DNA of 64,000 bases from Callorhinchus milii (lineage: Eukaryota), in assembly GCF_018977255.1 (NCBI RefSeq), contig NW_024704742.1:30506001-30570000 (forward strand), read 5' to 3'. The notes beneath the pieces are model-generated. The model was not told the origin of the DNA, did no database searches, and saw nothing but the letters and a program-made list of their open reading frames with translations. The position numbers and the translations under genes are program-made. Numbering within the stretch: position 1 is the first letter of the stretch; every line of letters begins with the position of its first letter. This document shows positions 24,637-35,599 of this stretch, one piece after another.

Positions 24637-27477
24637 ATATACGTCACATTGCGTGTGAGATCTCGGCTCCAGAAATACATCAGTGTCGCGACTGGGTTCT
24701 CACAAGGCGATGTGACATACTCGAGTTTTCCCACAGGAAACGTGCTTCACATCTTCAAACTCTTTATCCTTCATCTGCCAAACAACCCCAGTGAGTGAGT
24801 TTAGGCCTGTGCATAAATACTGAAGTGTAATTAAATGATGTGAAGCAAACATTTCTTTCCTTCATCGTGCTTCCCAAAAGGGGCTGTGACTCATTGCTGT
24901 CTGCAAGTTGGGAGCCCAGCAGAGCCTGGCTGCTTTTCCATCAACCACATTTGCCAGCATCAATGCAAATAATTTTTTTTACCTTCCATATCTACAAGTT
25001 ACACGTTTGTGGTTGTGAATTGCATATTGGCTCCCTCTGGCCCAGTAGCTTTCTCACTGACAGAATCCCCGCTGTGTTCCTCTGTGTCTTTACATATGGT
25101 TTGCTTCACACTGCCAGTTTCCATGCATCCTCCTCTGCACAGCTGTAATAACTGGGAGATTTCCGGAACCAGGAGAATTTTTTTTAGGTTAGGCGAGAGT
25201 CTGATACATGTGGAGACACACCCAAAGCAGAAAGAGAATTGCACAACCTGCATGTCATATTCCGAAAGGTATTTGGCGCAGTTTGGTAAGAGTCAAGGTT
25301 TGGGGATCCCAGAGTGTGTGTAGCCTTGTACAGTGATGAATGAAATGGTAACCCAAGAAAATCCTATCTAGCCCCTCTCCCTCCCTTTCTTCCTCGCACA
25401 CAATCTCCTCTTCTCTCTCTGCGCTTTGCTCTATACACACACACACACACACATATAGATCTATGCCCCCCTCTCTTTCATAAACATAATATACACTTGT
25501 ATAAGTTACACCAAGTATACAAACTTACTTTTGCTGCAGCAAATCAAACAGTTGTCCAATTGTACAAAGTTATGTTATTTAGACAGGCGACTCCCATCAT
25601 TAGCAATCTGGTGAGTATGGCACAACTTCACACAATCGTGCAACTGCAAGCTTTTTGCTAATATCTTGCAGCCCTGCATCACTTCCTATTCAGACAGTTG
25701 GCATGAGATAGACAGTGTTCTACACAAGTCCAATTTAGGTCAATTCAAGATCTTAGCTCAAATCTGCTCAACCTAGTATGTCTTGTAGTGAAGCTCCCAC
25801 CACACTAGCTTTCGAGAATCCAGTCGCGAAACCCTATTCACTCTCTTTTATTTAATGCATTTTGGCAGCATTCTGATATTGTTGTTGCCGCTCTCTCGCA
25901 TGCTGTAAATGGTACAAATGCATACGTTCCAGGTCTTTTGCAAGCATCAGCAAATACATTCCTCGCCCTACTCAGCTATCCCCCAATCAGGGTTGAAAAT
26001 GCTATTGCCAGAAAGGAAGCAGCATCAACCTCACATCAATATCAAAAGAATCACCTTTGGACATAGAGTGAATTTCCTGCAGGAAAGTCCACATATACCA
26101 CATTGATCCACGTTACCCCAGCTTCAAACAAGAATGTTGGCAGCTGGCCTGATATATGGGGGAGAGGGCCTTATGCAGGAGATGTAGCCCCCACTCCACC
26201 CCTCACCTCAGAAACCCTTTTTCTGGCATAAAAGTAGCTCAGCTGTGACAAGTAAACAAGTGGCCCGTTTACCCTTTCAAGAAGGAATAGCATGTGGAAT
26301 ATAGGAACGAAGAGGCTTTAGTTGAAAAAAAATCCACTTGGGAAAACACAAACAATAAAAGCACTTCAGAGATAGAAAATGATGCATGTATTACATCAAA
26401 GAGCAGATGTTTGGCACCGTTTAGCACCCGTCTGGTTCCTGGCAATGTAATAGAACAGGACCCTATACACCCTTCTGTCATTCACCTGCCACATGTACAA
26501 TGTTTAGAACACTGATCATGTTAATAACTGGTTATAAGTTAGTGGTACACTTACTTCAGCCAGTTAGGATGTTTAATTTAGAACCAGCCCAGAGGACTCC
26601 TGAATAAACGCCTTCCTGTGCAGATAGCAACAAACATGTCATGAAACCTGAATAGATCCAAGGATATTTATACCATTGATAATACCATCATAAGGAACCT
26701 TTTAATCCTCTTTCATCCATGCATTGGATTATTGTATCTTTATATAGCTTCCAGCTCAGACAGTCAGGGAGCAAATCATTCAGAAAGATGGTACATTCCC
26801 CCTCCCCTCATCTTCAAATAAACACAGAATCCACACTTTCTGTCACACATTTTCAATACAAGTACGTTTTCTGTTTTAATTTCTTAGTTTTAAACCTTGG
26901 TGAAACTGCTTTTACTTTCTAATCTTTCTGAATGGCTAGCACCACACATCGCTCAGAGATTAAACATTGCTGCTGATTTCTCATTTGAGCCTCAAAGCCA
27001 GTGTCATCCCAAGGACCTGCTCCTTCCAATCATCGCTCAACCACTGGAGACTGTCATGTCTGTCTGCAAATGCCAAGCGACCATTAGCTGGGAGCAACAG
27101 AGCACAGTTAAGTACTTCCTCTTCAGCACAGTGATCATCAACTATTTCCACTCTAACAAAATTCCTCGGAGCCTCTGACCACAACTCTCATGCTATTTTT
27201 ATACAGTAGGGGGTGAAAGCTGGGATGTCTCAGAACACGCTTCATAGTTGTGAAACAGGTTATCAAATCTATTAAGGAATTTTCCACCTTTTGCATAAGA
27301 AAATACACTCCCCGAACACACACCTCTCTTCCCCCTGCACCTCCCACCCCTGCCCTGCGATTAGTTCCAAGATTGTAAGTGCCACTAACTTTGGTGTGTC
27401 CAATTATTATGTAATGTTCACCCCACTGGCACATGCCTCTCTGTTCCTGGTCTCACCTCTTCTTACTGATTGTCCTT

Positions 27478-27795
27478 TAATAATAATAATAATAATAATC
27501 CTTGCATTTGATATAGCGCTTTTCACGTCGGGAGGACGTCCCAAAGCGCTTCACAGAACACACTGTAAAGTGAATTGACTGTGTATTTGTGGGCGAACGC
27601 GGCAGCCAATTGCGCACAGCAATGTCCCACAAACAGTCGTAGATTGAAAATGACCAATTTTTTTTTTTTTTTGAGGGATTATTATTAGGCGTGTGGAGTA
27701 AGGAAACTTGCCCAAGGTTTCGCCCTGTGCCTGGAGTTGAACTCAGGTCTCTCGCTTGCAAAGCAAGTGCTCTAACCACTGTGCTACAGGACTCC
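27478..27795 (-). mobile_element. SINE family A, short form, young subfamily
   Basis: CpGs retained, long clean (TTA)n tail, near-identical to 59069-59390. Confidence 0.92.
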
Positions 27796-29124
27796 CAAGC
27801 ATATTACCCAAGTGGCCATTGTTTGTGTGTGAGTGTTTGACGATCACTTGACTGGCGAGGTGTCACAAGCGAGCCTGACCTCTATCCATCAGTGGAGGGT
27901 GCTGCAGAGGGATCCAAGTATGTTACACACTGTGTGTGCAGTTTGAGTGCAAGAGTGACTGTGTCTGCATCCATACGTTCGGATGTGCATGAACACACTC
28001 CTTTGAAATCCAATCGGACAACTCGTGAAGGGGCCGATAGATCAAAGTTTTGTTTAATTCTATCTTGCCGAGCAGGTGCTTATAAGAACATAAATCATGG
28101 AGGCAAGGCACAAGGAAATAAACCAATCACACAGAAACCCACATCAACAACGTCAACAAAATTACATTGATATAGCGCCTTTCACGTCGGGAGGACATCC
28201 CAAGACATCTCCAGAATAGGGATTCTCTCAGGAAGCTGGTTTCTAGGATCAGCCAGTGCCAATCAGACACCATCAGCGCAGCTCCTCTACTGGTGGGTCT
28301 GCTACTGAGTACTGTGCAGGGTGTTCACAAAGTCCTGTTATCCTCCTCTTCTATTTTCTTACAATAATTTTTTATTTGCTGTTAGAGATGAGTCGAGTGT
28401 AACAATGTCTGATACCAGTAACTTCCTCGTCACTCCATCCATGTTACAGAAGATGTCACACCGAACATGACAACAGATCATTATCTGCCATGAACATGAT
28501 GGTGCTCACATCCATCCTCTGGACATCTAAACACAGTTATACTGAGTACAATTAAGTTCTTCTAAAAACAATTACTATAATTCTTCCATATGTTTCAGTT
28601 GTTGGTCAGTGCACTGTCGAGAAAAAAGAGGACTTTGTGGACACCCTGTAGCAACAGCTCACCACAGCAGACACTGTTACTGGCATAGTATGCAACTGTT
28701 TTCAGTCTGGGCACATGTTTTATTTGAACTTTTGTTGAAACCAAACGTGAATGTTAGATCTGTAACAGTAAAGCAATGGTTTCACGAAGTCCAGGTTTGG
28801 ACCAAGCAACCTTCCCTCCCTCCCTCTGTGCAGTATAAGTAATGCAAAGTTTCAATTACGGCACAGCCCAGAGACAATCCTGCCCCTTTAAGGAGTACAA
28901 AGCAATGTACTGTATGTACAACAGTCACTTTTAGTTTTAGTTTTTGAGAAAAAACTGGGCTTTGGAAAAACAGCACAACCTTTGTGTAGAACACTGTCAG
29001 AAATCTAAACTGATGGTAACATCTGAGATTTATCTGCTGTGAGCCAAGAGTGGAATCAAGTATATGAAACCTTAAACTGTTTGTATAAGCACACTCAGTT
29101 TCACAAGCCTGGTGTTTAACTGGC

Positions 29125-29485
29125 TTCTCTCTCTTTCTCTTAAATGCACACACACACATGCAGTCTCATACACACACTCACACATATGTGCAATCTGACA
29201 CACAGACATGCACACAGATTTGAAGTATGCTCAGTTTCAGGAGCCTGGTGATATAACCAGCTTCTCTCTCCCTCTCACACACACATACAGATGCAATATA
29301 CGCAGTCTCTCACACACACAAAAACAAGCTTGTGCACACACAGACACACACAGACAGATTCACTCACAGTCACAATTACACAGACTCAGCCTCTCTATTT
29401 CACACAGACACACATTTGCTCACAGTCACAATTACACAGACTCAATCTCCCCCTCTCTCATACACCCACACACAACCACAACAGT
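29125..29485. repeat. Compound (CA/CT)n low-complexity tract with an internal duplication
   Basis: CA runs; CTCACAGTCACAATTACACAGACTCA occurs twice (~29363, ~29419). Confidence 0.9.
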
Positions 29486-29508
29486 GAATGTAACTCATGC
29501 AGACTTAC

Positions 29509-29517
29509 CTGCTGGAG
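29509..29517 (-). CDS. Candidate 9-nt microexon (CTCCAGCAG, LQQ) of INPP4B
   Basis: Minus strand gttttctgatttatattttAG|CTCCAGCAG|GTAAGT with a perfect donor; frame-preserving; TGCATG immediately downstream. No homology evidence. Confidence 0.3.
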
Positions 29518-30119
29518 CTAAAATATAAATCAGAAAACAGTTCCCTTGTTTCCTTGAGGAATCACACACATCTTCAATTCTGCTCGCACACATACACACG
29601 GTGACGTGAGCTCCACATTACCCTCTATCCCTTCAGGTCCATATTCTATCCCACTCACAGGAGCAGCAAACTCAGGCTCAAAGTCCTGCCAGTGCCTCTG
29701 TACAGTGAGCACGCCAGAGCCAAAAAATTGATCTCACAGGAAATGTGTAGCCTGCCTACTTTGACAGAAAAAAACACAGGGGCTTACTGCAGATCAACTG
29801 TGGGCCTCCGATTACACAGCACAGACTCTCTCTCTCTCTGTGTGTGCAATCTCTGATTAATTCTCTTACATAACAAGACATGTTTGACAGATCTTAGTAC
29901 AGGCAGACATTCAATATGACCACCCCCCACCAAAAAAAATATTTTAATTTCTCCCCTGAACATCTCAAAGTAGACATTTGTGATTTTGTTTTTAGAAAAA
30001 ATAAAATATTGTAAGATATGCCTCGAAAACATAACATTTAATAATAAAAATCCTTGCATTTGATAGAGCACCTCTAATATTAAAAGAATGCACAATGCCC
30101 TGAGTAGGTAATTACTTTA

Positions 30120-30540
30120 TTAATAATCTGTGCATTGTATATTGCGCTTTATCACGTTATCAAGACTTCTCAAAGTGCTTTACAGGATTTACTTTGAAGA
30201 GGATTGACTGTGGGACACTGCTGTTTGCAGAATTAGTTGTCATCTGACACCAACAAAATACACAAACGGCCATGGAGTAAGCGACCAATTTTATTTGCGG
30301 GATTATTGGGTAGGACACCAGGAGCAACTCCCATCTCTTTTCGAATAGTGGCATGTGATTCCTTAACATCCACCCGAACAGGCAGACGGGACATTGGTTT
30401 AACGTCTCATTGGAGAACCGTATCTGACAGTGCAACATCCCCAACATTCTATTGGGCTATTAGCTCAAGGTACTGACAGGGGATTAAAGCACAACTCACT
30501 GACTCAGGGGCGAGAGTGCTCCCAACTGAGCCAGGCTGAC
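30120..30540 (-). mobile_element. SINE family B, full length
   Basis: Collinear with 20488-20885. Confidence 0.82.
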
Positions 30541-30787
30541 ACCCTGTCAGCATACGTTTGCACAGAGGGTAATCAGCTGTATCATCTTACCACAAAGAGT
30601 GGGAAAGAGCAGCACTGGCCTCATGGAAGTGACTAACTAATTTGCCAACAAATGCAGGATGAGCAAAGATGTTTCCTCGGACACAAGACACACATTTTGC
30701 CCAACTCTCATCTCATCTCATGCCATGTATGATGGTGATAACCAGAAGTGCATTTGGCCTGACGCTCAGTTTAGTTAGTGCATTGCC

Positions 30788-31130
30788 AGCCTGGCTCCAT
30801 TGATTGTATTTTTGCCTCCAGGTCAGAAGGTTGTGGGTTCAAGCGCTGTATCAGACTTTGAACTCAAGATCTAGGATGACCCCTGAAGAACTGAGGGAAG
30901 TGCTGCATTGTCCAAGTCACCATCCTTCAGAAGAGATGTCAAGCTGAGGTCCCCTCTGCTTGTTCAGGAGGATTTTAAAGATCCCAGGACACTAAGTGAA
31001 AGGAGTTTCTCTTGATGTCCGGATCAACAATCCCTCATTGGTCATTCACTTCCTGGCTGTTTGTGAAACATTGATGTGCACAAATTGGCTGCTGCATATG
31101 CCTAGAAAATACAGTCAATACATGTAACAG
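30788..31130 (+). mobile_element. SINE family B; its tail resumes at ~31605-31660 after nested insertions
   Basis: Head, core and 3' domain, then an interruption by antisense elements. Confidence 0.8.
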
Positions 31131-31274
31131 TAATAATTATAATAATAATCCTTGTAGTTGATAAAGCACCTTATCGTGTCATTGAGATGTCGCAAAGCGC
31201 TTGACAGAATATACAGCGGCAAAAAATAATTGCATTTATATACTAATGTTCATGCGAGGCAGTCTCGGAGTGCT

Positions 31275-31601
31275 TGATAGTATATGTTGTAATGTGAATT
31301 GACTGTACATTTTGTAGGTGAAATGCGGCAGCCAATTGTGCACAGCAGTGTCCAACAAACAGTCGTGGATTGAGTGACCAGATTATTATTACTTTTATTT
31401 ATTTACTGTTTGATTGGATTCTTACTCCCAGGAAGCGATCTGCCAATCGACTAACAACTAGGTTTCTACTTACTACTAGGTAAATAGAGGCATGTGGAGT
31501 AAGGACGCTTGCCTAAAGTTTAGCGCTGCCTGGGAATCGAAACTGGGTCCTCTCGCTTGTGAGGCGAGCACTCACAAGCGATAGGACTACAGGACTCCCA
31601 C
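31275..31601 (-). mobile_element. SINE family A, long form, nested in a family B SINE
   Basis: Head ends CTACAGGACTCC at ~31599; long internal segment present. Confidence 0.82.
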
Positions 31602-32559
31602 TAATTATTGTGAAACATATTGAGACATTTTGATAAGATGTTATAACAAATGCAACGGTGACTTTTTAAAAAAACAATTATCACAGTGGGCACCAGTGCT
31701 AATTGGAAGCATGTTCTGGCCTAATCCCCCACTTAGTTGGCGCATTGCATGATGGAGTTTGCATAAAGGTGGTCAGACTGACCCATGCTGAGCTAAACTA
31801 CTGCAATCTCCATTTCCTCCCCACCCAAACTAATAATTCATAATTACTTAATTGCTGTCTGAAGCCGAACCAGGAGACTTTATTTCAAGGGTAATTGCCT
31901 CTTTTTTATATCAAGTCCATTCCACCCTTGAAATCGGAGACAAAATATCTCGTTAATTAAAATCCTAAGAAGCATTTTGAAGTGAATGATCAAAGACTCC
32001 TTCAGCTATTTATTACAAAATTTGCTGGAGATCAGAATCCCGCCTTATCAAACAAGCTCCTGTTTATACCATCCGAAGATGGGGAAGATTACTGCACAGA
32101 GAAAACATTCAAAGAATGCGAGGCTTCGTCTTATCAGCTGACTTTAAACAAGATAAGAGACTTAAACTTACGATTATACCGAGAGAGTGAAAAAAGGTGG
32201 TTGTAGCCCCAGTATCATGCTCACACTGGGAGCCCCAATTGCTTTTAGATCTGACCACCTAAACTCAATTGTCAGAGGAAATGGGGGCAGGCAGCACAAA
32301 ACTCAGGCTTTATTTATCTTCATCGGTCAGTTATAACCAGCTCAAACCAAGCTTTCTGTTGTTTGCCGATTCTGGGAAGAGAAACTTGTGGAGACATTAG
32401 ATTGCTAGTGGGATGGCGCCTGGCATGTGAGCTGGATGACATCATAAATAAGTGGAAGAACATTCACTTTGCATCAGACTGAGTGCAATCTTCTAGCGGA
32501 TTACAACCTCCTGAGTCCAACTACCGTGTCTTTTTAAAAGCTTTGACGAAATTGGAAAA

Positions 32560-32828
32560 CATTACACAACATTGGTGGCTAAGACTTCAGCCATTCCGCC
32601 CCAAATCTCTGGAACTCCCTGCCTCACTCACTCCGCCTTGCCCTCTCTTTACCAGTCTTCAAAACACACTTGAAGATCTCCCACTTCGACCATCCCTACT
32701 GTCACCAGCCCTTTCTCCCCAGATCGGTGAACCAAACTCCACCACCGTTGAGTACTCAGAGACGCTACCCACCCGAAGGGCACTATATAAATGCATGTTG
32801 AATCGCAATAAGTTAAACAGCTGCTGCT
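32560..32828 (+). mobile_element. L2 3' end, degenerate
   Basis: CATTGGTGGC...TTCAGCCATT...CTCTGGAACTCCCT; GGGCACTATATAAATGCA tail. Confidence 0.7.
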
Positions 32829-32854
32829 AGATGCACTGTACTGTATACTTAAGG

Positions 32855-32995
32855 TACCCATGATGAAGAAGGGAATGGATGGATATAGGAGCATGGAATA
32901 GGAGAGGTGGGGGCATGTGTGGAGTATTAACACGGGCACAGACTAGTAGGGCCAAATGGCCTTTTTCCATGCTGCATCACTATATAATTCTATGT
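32855..32995 (+). mobile_element. CR1 3' UTR remnant
   Basis: GGCACAGACTAGTAGGGCCAAATGGCC...TATATAATTCTATG, similar to 37250-37310. Confidence 0.7.
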
Positions 32996-33913
32996 ATACA
33001 ATGACTAAAACAGTAAACTCTCTGACCAGATGTGAGTAATATCATTGCAAGCTATTACAACACAGTGGAGAGATATGAACAGGGAAGTCAGATATATTCT
33101 GTGACATATATTCTACCTGTAAGGCAAGGTTTTTTTAAAATACAAAACTTAGTTTTGGCTGCAGTTAAACTTCATAAAAGCTTCTATTGATCAATTTAGA
33201 CAAAACAAGGTCCAACAGGATAATGTTTCCATATTTTTTGAACTCGTTGACTCAGTAGCAAAGACAAAACTGTTGCACTTTAGGGAGAAATATTTTAATT
33301 TCAACTGCACACCAACATTTGAGATTTATGATGAAAACTCACCCGAGACATTAAAAGTGAGATAATTTATCTTCCCTTACATGTAGAGCTCTAACACAGT
33401 GTGTCTTATATTTAATTGGAACAAAGTGGTAAATAACTAACAATAAGGACAGGCAACAATTATAAATATACTAAGAATTATCACAAAGTTCCCCTCCTCT
33501 GCAATGTAATATAAGACTAATTCATTGTATAATTGATTTCCTAACTATATTGAAATGCTGTCCAGACAGAGATATACTTGCATATTTTCTGTTTTCATAC
33601 ATCATTCCACACACTCTCTTTTCTCTAGATTGTGTCACACAGCAGAAGGCATTCAACAAACTCCTGAAATATGAATAAACGGTGTTATACACCCAAGCAC
33701 CTGGATTTATCATTTTGGTGCTCTCGGCCCTATTTACATAATGACGATAATATCAACTTATTCTGTCCCAGTGCTTTGGGACATCCTCCCGACGTGAAAG
33801 GCGCTCTATAAATGTAATTTTGTGGTTGTTGTTGTTGACTGCTTTTTGAACCAACTCATCAAATTGTATGAAGCCTTCATTCTAAATGGTTTATGTAGAA
33901 TTGATGTTTTGCT

Positions 33914-34345
33914 AACAACAACAACTTGCACATATATAGCACCCCTCACGCAGGGTAGCGGCCCAGAGTGCTTGACGTTGGCGGAGCACAACGCCGAACC
34001 GGGGAGGGGGAGGTGACCATAGGCACAGTCGAATAGGAAGGTCTTCAGTCGCAACCTGAAGATGGAGAAGATGGGGCCAGGCAGAGGGATAGAGGAAGAG
34101 TGTTCCAGAGTTTAAGGGTGACTGAAAGCGCAGCCACCAATTGTGGAACGGAGGGCACACTGGACATGCAGGAGGCTGGAGCCAGTCGAGCAGAGATTGT
34201 GGTTTGGGGGCAAATAGGTCGGAGAGGTAGAGAGTTGCCAGAGCATGAAGGGATTTGAAAACAAGTGTGAGGATCTTGAAATTGATCTGTTCGGCAATAG
34301 GCAGCCAGTGGAGCCTGGCAAGAACTGTTCAGGTGTGAAGTTTTT
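33914..34345 (-). mobile_element. L2 3' fragment (solo L2 tail on + strand at 33762-33838 adjacent)
   Basis: Antisense LKTFLFDCAY and STIGGCAFS motifs; (CAA)n tail at 33914. Confidence 0.85.
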
Positions 34346-35139
34346 AGCACGTTGAGAAGTAAACAGAGAGGTGTCCATGGGCTCTAACCAAGCTGTAAAA
34401 CAGAGTGTTTCAGATTGCTTCCTTAAGAAATCTGAGCAGTGATCCCTTACTGAAATGAGAGTTATGTCGTGCTCTTTAGGTGGACCCACAGGAACTCTGC
34501 TCTGACCTAATCTCCTTCTGCATCGGAGCAGAAATCCTAAGGGTCAGTGTGACACACATTAGCTTGGCAGCAGAATTCAAGGATTACAAACACATTGTGA
34601 ATTCGGTTTATGACTCTCGCAATGTAGACCGCATCATTGTCAAGACTGTGACTCCAGTGTGTCCATAACAAAAAGAGCTCCAATTTCTCTAAAGGTACGA
34701 ATGATTGTTGCGAAGCTGTTCAAAACTGGTAATATTCCTCTAATGGCATCCAGGGTGGTACAATGGCTAATGTTATGATTATTTTAATGTTTCACTATTG
34801 TTGTCAAGAAAATGCCAAGTTTAAAAACTCTACAGAGCAGCATTATTGCTCCACAATCAACTGCATAATAGTTCCAGCAATCTCTTAATGAGGACAGCAG
34901 TGGGCTCAGCAGAATGGAATGCTTACCGTGGTCAATGGCAATCCATAACATGCACTCAAAAGAAAGACACACCTTCCTGGAGACAGCAACAGATCAGTTT
35001 GGTCTTGTTTACGTTCATTTGCAAATTATGCATACATTTGCTCTCCTCAAGGCATGCTTCTACCTTCTACTTAGGCACGCTTCCTTGGGCACCCGCCTTT
35101 ACCTCAACAAACTTTGCATGCCGGAGAGACAAGGGAGAA

Positions 35140-35315
35140 GAAGTGGTGTATGTGAGGTGAGTAGGAGAGGTGGAGGTGAGGTGCGTAGGTAGGGTAGAGG
35201 AGAGGTGAATAGGAGGGATGGAGGTGAGTAGGAGGGGTGGAGGCTGTGTGAAATATAAACACTGTCATGGACTAATTGGCCAAAATGGCTTGTTTCTGCG
35301 TCAAATTATTCTGCG
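35140..35315 (+). mobile_element. CR1 3' UTR remnant with expanded purine-rich (GGAGGTGA-like) repeats
   Basis: ATAAACACTGTCATGGACTAATTGGCCAAAATGGC similar to 32925-32970; upstream GA/GT-rich repeats. Confidence 0.55.
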
Positions 35316-35599
35316 TATCTCATAGCATTATTCATACATGAATGTTGACTGGTATTAACCACATCCTCAGAGTCCACAAATGGGTATCTCCAGCACAGGT
35401 TATTGCATTAGCGATCAGAACCTGGAAACTCTGGCCAACTCTCCTGTACCAGGACACCAATGTGTTACAGCAGTTCACAACTCTTGGAAGCAAAGCTGGG
35501 ACCTTGGCAGTTGGCATGGCTCTGTTGTTCATTGGGCAAGCTTGCTGTATCAGTACCTATCTATCATTAATTGTTTAAAATAACTCGGCTGGATACATT

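Noticed and set aside
27477..27779. Recurrent ORFs with similar peptides (e.g. ...[20 protein letters not shown]) suggesting a protein family
   Set aside because: They are translations of the same SINE sequence, with stops and frame changes among copies.
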